From a virus (taxonomy: Duplodnaviria > Caudoviricetes), in IMG/VR virus record IMGVR_UViG_3300037714_000131, positions 1 through 64,000 of that record: a stretch of DNA of 64,000 nucleotides; one strand, 5' to 3'. Made by a program: the position numbers and the translations under genes. Under the pieces are notes generated by a model. It was not told the DNA's origin. It ran no database searches and was given only the letters and a program-made list of their open reading frames with translations. Positions within the stretch are counted from its first letter, which is position 1; the number at the start of each line of letters is the position of its first letter. This document shows, piece after piece, positions 56,672 through 64,000 of this stretch.

Positions 56672-57431
56672 CCCTCGCGGCTACAACGCAAAACTCCAGT
56701 GGCTGAAGCTCTATGACCAGATGCCGGAGCATATCGCCTGCTGCGACAAGATTGCTGTGCGGGAGTATGTCGCCGAGCGGATCGGCTCGCAATATCTGAT
56801 CGACCTCTATGCCGTCACGAACGACGTTGACGCGCTCTACCGCAAGCCGCCCTTCATGGCGAAGACCAGCCATGACAGCGGATCAGCGCGCGCGGTTCTG
56901 AGCGCGGCAGATTGGCCGGAGATCAGGCAGCACCTCAGGAAGCGTTTCAAGCGTGCGTACGGCGTCGAGAAGGGCGAATGGGCCTATGCTCATATCCGCC
57001 CGCAATACCTGTCAGAGCGACTCCTGACGCTGCCTGTGACCGATTACAAATTCCATTGCTGCAACGGCAGCGTCAAGTGGGTGCAGATCATCAGCGAGCG
57101 CGAGGCAGTGCGTCCGGTGGAAGTGAATGTTGACCGGCGCGGACTGCCGACAGGCTTGCATCTCGACCATAAATTCCGGTGCAGCCATGAAGCGCCGAAG
57201 CTTCCGGCGAACTGGAAAGAGATGACCGGCATCGCCAAGCGGCTCAGCGGGCCGTTTCGCTATGTCCGCGTTGATCTTTACAGCGTCAAGGGACGAACGT
57301 ATTTCGGCGAACTGACCTTCTGGCCGCGGGCGGGTTTTTACAGGACGGATGATGAAATGGCGTTCGGCGAACTGCTGGATTTCGATATGTCGTTCAAGCG
57401 TGAGCCGGTTGACTTCGCAATAATCCATTAA
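56604..57431 (+). CDS. TupA-like ATP-grasp amide ligase
   Basis: YNAKLQWLKLYD; DKIAVREYV; DYKFHCCNG; YVRVDLY; YFGELTFWP. Confidence 0.9.
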   Translation: MRLEDRLRELYQQTMGLPLDLNDPRGYNAKLQWLKLYDQMPEHIACCDKIAVREYVAERIGSQYLIDLYAVTNDVDALYRKPPFMAKTSHDSGSARAVLSAADWPEIRQHLRKRFKRAYGVEKGEWAYAHIRPQYLSERLLTLPVTDYKFHCCNGSVKWVQIISEREAVRPVEVNVDRRGLPTGLHLDHKFRCSHEAPKLPANWKEMTGIAKRLSGPFRYVRVDLYSVKGRTYFGELTFWPRAGFYRTDDEMAFGELLDFDMSFKREPVDFAIIH

Positions 57432-57444
57432 TGAGGAAAAGATC

Positions 57445-57690
57445 ATGGCGACAGTAACTATGCCTGTAGGTTTCGTTAAAGCTGAGTTTTTGGGGCGGAA
57501 TGGATCTGGCCCAGTTAGCGTTCCCGGAGTCAAAGCTGGCGATGTGGTCGTCATGTACAGCAATGATAACCACGAACGCACTGAAATTGCATTTGAATGC
57601 ACCATTACAACGGATGACGAGGTCCACCAGTTCTACTCAGGCAATTGGTCTGGAGACACTTTCGTTATGGTTTTGCTTCGCGGCGTTTAG
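57445..57690 (+). CDS. Hypothetical small protein
   Basis: GAGG RBS. Confidence 0.55.
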   Translation: MATVTMPVGFVKAEFLGRNGSGPVSVPGVKAGDVVVMYSNDNHERTEIAFECTITTDDEVHQFYSGNWSGDTFVMVLLRGV

Positions 57691-58406
57691 TGCGGCGAGA
57701 GAAAAGGTTGCCGCATCTTCAATGGCGGCAGTGCGGTGACAACCTCTACCACGTGAAGGTAGGCGCAGAAGAGATATATATTGCTTCGCAAACGCGCATC
57801 GCTAATTACCGCTTCGGTATAGCCAAGAGGAATGTTGCACTCGCTAAGCAATATGGCGCTGCGAACCTCGGGCCTCAGATGTGCGGCAAGGTCGTTATCG
57901 ACGTGGGCGCGAATGTCGGGGAGTTCTCCCGCTTCGCGGCTGCCTTCGAGGCGAAGGTGCACGCGATTGAGCCGGACCCCCTGGCATTCGCGGCGCTGAA
58001 GAAGAACGCTAAAGGGCGCGGGATCAAGTGCCATCGCCTTGCGCTGTGGAAGGAAAACGCGACGCTGCCGCTCACGCTGATGACGAACAGTGCGGACAGC
58101 AATGTCCTCCCGATCGGCGCTGAATCAACGCTCCAGGTCAAAGGCGTTACGCTTAAACGGTTCATGGATGTCCTGAAGCTCGACGATGTCTTCCTGCTCA
58201 AGGCCGACTGCGAGGGTGCCGAGCCGGAAATGCTGGAAGGCGCAGGCGATGCGCTCCGGCGGATTTCCTACATCACCATCGATTGCGGGCCGGAGCGCTA
58301 TCACCGGACGACGGTCGATGAATGCGCGGCAATACTGAAGCGGTGGGGCTTCGAAGTCAACCGGCTCAACCAAAAGCGCGTCGTGCTTTTCTGCAAGCGA
58401 ACTTAA
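57690..58406 (+). CDS. FkbM-family methyltransferase
   Basis: IDVGANVGEFS; AIEPDP; LKADCEGAE. Confidence 0.9.
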   Translation: MRREKRLPHLQWRQCGDNLYHVKVGAEEIYIASQTRIANYRFGIAKRNVALAKQYGAANLGPQMCGKVVIDVGANVGEFSRFAAAFEAKVHAIEPDPLAFAALKKNAKGRGIKCHRLALWKENATLPLTLMTNSADSNVLPIGAESTLQVKGVTLKRFMDVLKLDDVFLLKADCEGAEPEMLEGAGDALRRISYITIDCGPERYHRTTVDECAAILKRWGFEVNRLNQKRVVLFCKRT

Positions 58407-59116
58407 TCAAGCCAAGCCCAACGGTGGCGCTTGTGTATTCCATAGACGGTTCCGTAGGGGATTCCGAGCTTGCTTGCGACATCACTACAAGAGAATTGTT
58501 CGCACAGTTCTCGAATTAACAAAACTTGGTCACGCGTTAATTTGGCTGATCCGCAGCGCTCGCCACGAGAGTGAGTGCCGTGAACGATCATATCTGATGC
58601 ATTGTCGCCGCGCGTCTTCCATGTCAGATGTTTTTGATTGCAGCAACTTAGGTGACCGTTGCCGCAAAGATGCGCGGCTTCGTGCTTGGGGGTGGGCGGA
58701 GGGCCTTCTTTGCGTTCGCATACAAGGCGATGCACATAAAGCATTTTTCCTTCTATGGAGACTTGCCCATACCCAGCAGTGCTCTTTGCGTATGGCCAAA
58801 GCAGACACTCGTCGCCTATATGTGAATAGACGACCTCGGTGAGGTAGCGGTGTGGCTCGCCCTCGCATGTCCTACCGAGTAATGGATTCCCGTGCCGTTT
58901 CCACCGGTTGTAATGAATATGACAAAAACCACGAGCGTCGTGTGGTCTGTCGCAATCTTCTACTGAGCAAATTCCACCTTTGGTGTATTGAAGTATGTCG
59001 CCACCAACCAATGGGTTGCGGTATTTCTTCCATCTCAAATAGTGAGCTTGGCACCATCCGCGCGATGCATGAGGCTTGCCGCATCCTGGAATAGAGCATA
59101 TGCGTGTCGAAGCCAT
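58403..59116 (-). CDS. HNH endonuclease with two N-terminal zinc-finger repeats
   Basis: CSxxxCxxPHxxRGxCxxHY twice; VHRLVC; HLCGNG...NQKHLTW. Confidence 0.85.
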   Translation of the reverse strand: MASTRICSIPGCGKPHASRGWCQAHYLRWKKYRNPLVGGDILQYTKGGICSVEDCDRPHDARGFCHIHYNRWKRHGNPLLGRTCEGEPHRYLTEVVYSHIGDECLLWPYAKSTAGYGQVSIEGKMLYVHRLVCERKEGPPPTPKHEAAHLCGNGHLSCCNQKHLTWKTRGDNASDMIVHGTHSRGERCGSAKLTRDQVLLIRELCEQFSCSDVASKLGIPYGTVYGIHKRHRWAWLD

Positions 59117-59222
59117 TCTCGAACCTCCAATGTTCGGGCTTGGTTAGAGCGCGCCAAGGTGGATCAGACCTTCGGCGCGTTCGCCATTTGTAACCACCTT
59201 TTCTCAAAACATCAATGGCAAT

Positions 59223-59921
59223 ATGAAGAAGATCACCATAGTTTTCGCATACTACATGAACGCCTCTATGTTGATGAGGCATGTTGAAACATGGAGTTCA
59301 TTCTCTGATTCTGTTAAATCAATGCTATCAGCAATAGTCGTAGATGACGGCTCGCCAACTAAGCCTGCCGTTGAAGTTCTTTCGGATATTGCTCACCCGA
59401 TACCGATTAAACTATTCCGTGTAGAGCAGGATATTAGGTGGAATTGGGGTGCATGCCGGAATATTGCCATGCACGAATCGTCAGGTGAATGGCATTTGCT
59501 GACCGACGCCGATCATTTGGTGTCGGAGGACTTGGCCAAGGCGTTGATCTACGGTGATCACGACGAAAGGAAGGTCTACAAGTTCGAAAGGCGAGAGCAC
59601 ACTGGCGAAAAGATCAAATCGCATTCGAATTCTTATTTCATGACAAAAGCCATGTACCAAAAGATAGGTGGTCATGATGAATCGTTTGCAGGATTTTACG
59701 GTGGAGATGGCCCTCACCGCAGGCTGGTTGAGAGCAAAGCAAAAGTCATCACGCTTCCCGATGAGCTGATCCGCTACGAGTATGTCGGCGACAGTTCAAC
59801 CACGACATACGAGCGCAAGACACGCGCAGATCTCGAACACCGACAGAAAGTTCTGAATGCGCGGAAATCCGGATGGAAACCGAAGACGCTTACCTTTGCC
59901 TACCACGAGGTAGCGCTTTGA
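59223..59921 (+). CDS. GT-A glycosyltransferase (GT2 with GT7-like C-terminus)
   Basis: VVDDGS; LLTDADH; GGHDESFAGFYGGD. Confidence 0.85.
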   Translation: MKKITIVFAYYMNASMLMRHVETWSSFSDSVKSMLSAIVVDDGSPTKPAVEVLSDIAHPIPIKLFRVEQDIRWNWGACRNIAMHESSGEWHLLTDADHLVSEDLAKALIYGDHDERKVYKFERREHTGEKIKSHSNSYFMTKAMYQKIGGHDESFAGFYGGDGPHRRLVESKAKVITLPDELIRYEYVGDSSTTTYERKTRADLEHRQKVLNARKSGWKPKTLTFAYHEVAL

Positions 59922-60697
59922 AGCCCATAACATTCGTAATATGGCTCTGGAGCGGCGCAACGATGGGCAAGGAGCGCGTCGAGTACATCGCGGATCACGC
60001 AAATCGGTGTGCTTCCATGATCCGGCGCAACTGCACTCTGCCGCATGAGATCGTGGTCGTTACAGACATGCCAGAAGGCATCGACAGTTCCATCCGCATC
60101 GTACCGCTGTGGGATGATCTCCGCAATCTGGGCAAGTGCTACACCCGGCTGAAATGCTTCGATCCGGCCATGAAGGACATCCTCGGCCCGCGTATCGTGT
60201 CGATCGACCTCGATGTCGTGATCACCGGCAGCATCGATCACCTGTTTGACCGCAACGAACCTTTCGTAATCTGGGGCGACCGCCTCGTTACCAACATCGC
60301 CAACAAGACCGCCTATTGCGGCTCGCTCTGGATGCTGGACATCGGCTACCGGCCGGACATCTTCTTTGATTTCGATCCGCAGGAAGCGCTGAACCTGCGC
60401 GAGACAGAGAAGCTGATCGGCTCCGATCAGGCCGTCATGTCTCACAAGATCAAGGGCGCACCGACCTGGGGCCGGAAGGACGGCATTTATTCCTTCCGGC
60501 TCGACATCATGGCCCAGTTCGGGCGGCAGAAAGCGGGCTTTGGTTTCAAGAGCTTTGCTCAGGCCAAGCATCTGAATCAGAAGCGAAGCGGGGAGCTTCC
60601 CGAGAATGCGCGGATCGTGTTTTTCCATGGAGTGCATGATCCGTCTCAAACGCATCTGCACCCGGCCCACCCTTGGATCAAGCAATTCTGGAAATAG
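59918..60697 (+). CDS. GT-A glycosyltransferase
   Basis: IVSIDLDVVITGSID (DxD); GSDQA; VFFHG..DP. Confidence 0.8.
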   Translation: MKPITFVIWLWSGATMGKERVEYIADHANRCASMIRRNCTLPHEIVVVTDMPEGIDSSIRIVPLWDDLRNLGKCYTRLKCFDPAMKDILGPRIVSIDLDVVITGSIDHLFDRNEPFVIWGDRLVTNIANKTAYCGSLWMLDIGYRPDIFFDFDPQEALNLRETEKLIGSDQAVMSHKIKGAPTWGRKDGIYSFRLDIMAQFGRQKAGFGFKSFAQAKHLNQKRSGELPENARIVFFHGVHDPSQTHLHPAHPWIKQFWK

Positions 60698-60705
60698 GAG
60701 TACCA

Positions 60706-61389
60706 ATGCCTTATCGTATCACCGATCAGTTCATATTCACCGGCGAGCGTGTTCAAGTCGGGCAGCACCACACGGCGAGCATCCATGTCCCCATTCTTGA
60801 TGCGACAGAATCGGATGAACTTCTACTCAACGTCAAGGGACGACTCGCCGCCGGCGACAAGATTACACTAGTCTATCACGGGGCGGCCCTTGGGGAAGAC
60901 CCACGCAAGCAGCGCCTGATAGAGGTCGGAGAAATCCGCGTGGTCGAAGTCGGGGACAAGTCCGTCGAGTTCCGCCGTGTTGGCGAGATCGAGCGTTATG
61001 AACCGCGCGCCAAGCCGAAAGCTGAAACGGTGGCGCCGGAGAAGCGTGAACTCAGGATCGAAAAGCGCCTCGCCGGCGGCTATGCCGTGAAGGACTCGGA
61101 TAGCGATCACGACCACGAATGGTTCGCCACGCTCCCCGAGGCAGTGGACTACGTGGCGCGCGAGGGCGATCAGGGGGCACCTGAGACGGTGATTGAGCAA
61201 GAGCCGCCCGAAGCCAAGCCGGAAGTCTCCGAGGGACCTGAAGCGGCTCCCATGACCGTTAAACGCGGTAAGGGAGAGTTCCTCGTCCTCGACGCCAATG
61301 GCGCGGCGCTGGAATCGTTCAAGACCAAGAAGCTTGCTGAGGAATATGCGGCGGCTTACGGGGCTCCGCAAGAGGCCGAAGCGGCCTGA
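60706..61389 (+). CDS. Hypothetical late protein
   Basis: AGGAG RBS; two short repeated C-terminal domains. Confidence 0.6.
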   Translation: MPYRITDQFIFTGERVQVGQHHTASIHVPILDATESDELLLNVKGRLAAGDKITLVYHGAALGEDPRKQRLIEVGEIRVVEVGDKSVEFRRVGEIERYEPRAKPKAETVAPEKRELRIEKRLAGGYAVKDSDSDHDHEWFATLPEAVDYVAREGDQGAPETVIEQEPPEAKPEVSEGPEAAPMTVKRGKGEFLVLDANGAALESFKTKKLAEEYAAAYGAPQEAEAA

Positions 61390-61414
61390 CGGCATCCGGA
61401 CATGACTGATTTGC

Positions 61415-61444
61415 AACCCGCTCTCGCAGCGGGTTTTTTATTGG
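61415..61444 (+). terminator. Intrinsic terminator
   Basis: AACCCGCT/AGCGGGTT stem followed by TTTTTATTGG. Confidence 0.7.
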
Positions 61445-61456
61445 AGAAATCCCCAA

Positions 61457-62089
61457 GTGGCCGATAAGACCGGGATTATCAACGTGGCACTCAGAAGGAT
61501 CGGAGAGTCGAGAATTGTCAACCTCGATTCCGATACGTCGAAGGAAGCCCGCGCCGCCCGCGATCTCTACGAGGAAGCGCGCGATGATCTGTTGCGCTCG
61601 CATCCGTGGAACTTCGCGCTCAAGCGCAAGAAGCTGGCCCAGCTCGCCACATCGCCGGTCTTCGGCTGGGAATACGGCTATGGCCTGCCGGCCGACTGGA
61701 TACGCACCGTCTCGGTATATCCCTTTGACGGCTATGACAGCACGAATTGCGAATACCGGATGGAGACGCAGGACATATCCGGCACGCCGACGCGCGTCCT
61801 GCTCGCCAACTCCAATCAGATTTATATGCGCTATGTGGCGCAGATCGCCAATGTCGCGCTGATGGCTCCGGATTTTCGCGAAGCCCTCGCCATGCGGCTG
61901 GCGCGCGATCTGTCTGTCGCGATGCAGAAGTCCTCCTCTGTCTACGAGATGATGGACAAGCAGTACAGGCGGGCGCTGTCCAACGCTCAATCCGTCGATG
62001 GGATGGAGGATCATCCGGAGAGCTTCCGTGAAGGATCGTGGGTGACTTCCCGCCATCTCTGGGATGACTATTCACAGTGGGGTGACTGA
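61457..62089 (+). CDS. Tail tubular protein A (T7 gp11-like)
   Basis: IINVALRRIGE; HPWNFALKR; YGLPADWIR. Confidence 0.9.
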   Translation: MADKTGIINVALRRIGESRIVNLDSDTSKEARAARDLYEEARDDLLRSHPWNFALKRKKLAQLATSPVFGWEYGYGLPADWIRTVSVYPFDGYDSTNCEYRMETQDISGTPTRVLLANSNQIYMRYVAQIANVALMAPDFREALAMRLARDLSVAMQKSSSVYEMMDKQYRRALSNAQSVDGMEDHPESFREGSWVTSRHLWDDYSQWGD

Positions 62090-62091
62090 CC

Positions 62092-64000
62092 TTGGCACGC
62101 GCCGCGCCCTTACTATCAAGCCTGAACTCCGGAGAGTTCTCCCCCCGCATGACATCGCGGGTGGATTTCGAACGCTACCTCAACGCCTGCGCCCGCGCCC
62201 GCAACCTCGTTCTGCTTCCGCAAGGCGGCTTCACCAAACGGTCGGGGAGCCGCTACATCACCGGGATCAAGACGCAATCCCTGGTCGGCCAGCTTCTGCC
62301 GTTCCGGTTCTCGGCAACGGATTCCTACATCATCGAACTCGGCAATCAGTTTGCCCGTTTTTGCCGCTACCAAGCGCAATTGACTGTCGCCGATACCGAC
62401 GCTGCGATCTCGAACGGCACGTTCACATCGAATATAACCGGCTGGGATGACCAATCAACCGGTTCTGGCGCGATCGCTCATGATGCCACGAACGGCCGGC
62501 TGCAACTGACCGGTGCGGCGAATTCGATCGCCTGGGCGGAGCAGGATGTCACAACATCGAATACCGGCGTCGAGCATGTCCTGCGCTTCAAGTCCGAAGG
62601 CGCGCTCGGCGCATCGGTCTGGGTGCAGATCGGTTCGACTTCGACGGGCGAGGAACTGTTCGCCGAAACCGAACTCGGCATGGGCTGGCACACTATCCAG
62701 TTCACGCCGTCATCATCGCCCTTCTATGTGCAGTTCAGGAACAAGAACGATCCGGCAGAAACCATCTATATCGACGATGTCGATCTGCTGGACGACGCGC
62801 CGCTTGAAATCGTGACCGATTACACGACGGCGCAATTGCCGGATATCCGCACGGTGCAGACGGCGGATGTGCTCTACCTGCTCCATCCCGACGTAGCGCC
62901 GCGCAAGTTCGAACGCCGCGGTGACAAAACATGGTCTCTGGTCACTGTTCCGTGGGATGATGGCCCCTATAATGAGCCGAATGAAGGGCTGGATGTTTCG
63001 CTCCGGCAGCTGATCAAGAACCCGGATTTCGAAGACGGCATCCGCAATTGGAGCGATGAATCCGGCACGGATGCAGGGATCGAATACGACGGTGCACAGA
63101 AGATTGCCATCCTGACGCCGGGTGACGGAGCCAGCGAGCCCGCCATCATTGAGCAGGAAGTATCAACCGGCGCTACCGCAAGCAGCGCCTTTGTGCTGCA
63201 TTTTCAAATTCTCGGTTCCAGCCGCTCAACCAACAAGACCAATCTGCAAATCGGGACGTCATCCGGTGGAACGCAGATCATGAGCGCGACAGAATACGAA
63301 CAAGGCTGGCACTCGATCAAGATATCATCCAGCGCTGCAACATGGTTCATTCGATTTAGCCTTCAGTCGACTTCAACCGCAAGCGTTCTCTACACGAGCG
63401 CGCTCGGCGGTGTTTTCCTCTATCGCGCCAATTCCCGGTTGCTGGAGCTTTCCGGCACGACAGGCGCCGTGACATGCACGGCGCTCGGCAATTTCGCACC
63501 ATTCGCCTCGACCGATGTCGGCCGGATCATCCGGTTCTCATGGCCGGGCAAGGAAGCGACATGGGGTGTCATCACGGCATACACCAACAACCAGACCGTG
63601 ACCGTGCAGCTTCGGCGTGAAGCGGCTTACGCCAGCGTACCGACAGAAAACTGGCAACTTGGCTCATGGTCTGAAACCAACGGCTATCCCAAGGTCGCCG
63701 GTTTCTTCCAGTCCCGGTTTATTGCGGCCAACACCGATACGATGCCGCAGACGCTATGGTTCTCGCAAAGCGCGGACATAGAAAACATGCGCCCGGACAG
63801 CTTCGAGAGCCTGACGCTGCAAACGCAGGATGACGACGCGCTGATCTATACAATCAATTCCGCGCAGATTGATCCGATCTCATGGATCGCTGGCGAGCGC
63901 AAGCTTTTGATCGGGACCGGCGGCGGGCAATGGGTGGCCGAAAGCTCGGGCGTTGCCATCACAGCGACGGATATCCAGATCAACCGCCATGCACCAGAGT
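62092..64000 (+). CDS. Tail tubular protein B (T7 gp12-like), partial
   Basis: Hand translation SSLNSGEFSPRM...LPQGGFTKRSG; later QTADVLYLLHPD and GYPKVAGFFQSR; runs off the window. Confidence 0.85.
   Translation, partial: MARAAPLLSSLNSGEFSPRMTSRVDFERYLNACARARNLVLLPQGGFTKRSGSRYITGIKTQSLVGQLLPFRFSATDSYIIELGNQFARFCRYQAQLTVADTDAAISNGTFTSNITGWDDQSTGSGAIAHDATNGRLQLTGAANSIAWAEQDVTTSNTGVEHVLRFKSEGALGASVWVQIGSTSTGEELFAETELGMGWHTIQFTPSSSPFYVQFRNKNDPAETIYIDDVDLLDDAPLEIVTDYTTAQLPDIRTVQTADVLYLLHPDVAPRKFERRGDKTWSLVTVPWDDGPYNEPNEGLDVSLRQLIKNPDFEDGIRNWSDESGTDAGIEYDGAQKIAILTPGDGASEPAIIEQEVSTGATASSAFVLHFQILGSSRSTNKTNLQIGTSSGGTQIMSATEYEQGWHSIKISSSAATWFIRFSLQSTSTASVLYTSALGGVFLYRANSRLLELSGTTGAVTCTALGNFAPFASTDVGRIIRFSWPGKEATWGVITAYTNNQTVTVQLRREAAYASVPTENWQLGSWSETNGYPKVAGFFQSRFIAANTDTMPQTLWFSQSADIENMRPDSFESLTLQTQDDDALIYTINSAQIDPISWIAGERKLLIGTGGGQWVAESSGVAITATDIQINRHAPE

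Overview
The window is 64 kb of an integrase-encoding (temperate) tailed phage of Alphaproteobacteria, most likely Hyphomicrobiales given its LdtR-, GcrA- and Omp25-like genes. It appears to be in the excised/virion configuration: an intact attP (3' half of tRNA-Gly GCC, 11347-11394) has phage genes on both sides and no host genes are visible. Gene order: tail fibre, sulfotransferase-like gene and lysis genes (1.5-8.3 kb); a leftward early arm with integrase, recombination genes and many small ORFs (8.4-27.1 kb); a cI/cro switch with three 17-bp operators; rightward early and replication genes including two MTases, an OMP, an initiator with iterons and a primase-helicase (28-43.5 kb); about 1.7 kb of structured non-coding DNA; then a BPP-1/T7-type podovirus morphogenesis operon (46.2-64 kb). 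Strongest leads: (1) a glycosyltransferase / methyltransferase / ATP-grasp cluster inside the structural operon, possibly decorating the virion with a glycan; (2) a group I intron with an HNH ORF that splits the major capsid gene after codon 12; (3) a large, highly base-paired candidate ncRNA upstream of the late genes; (4) a leaderless XRE-HTH plus small Cys-rich protein module present twice, 44 kb apart; (5) three solo TnpB elements in different states of integration; (6) a C5 MTase with a second subunit in an overlapping frame; (7) a Thg1-like 3'-5' polymerase and a tRNA-like RNA. All family assignments come from motif recognition by eye; no database search or folding program was run.
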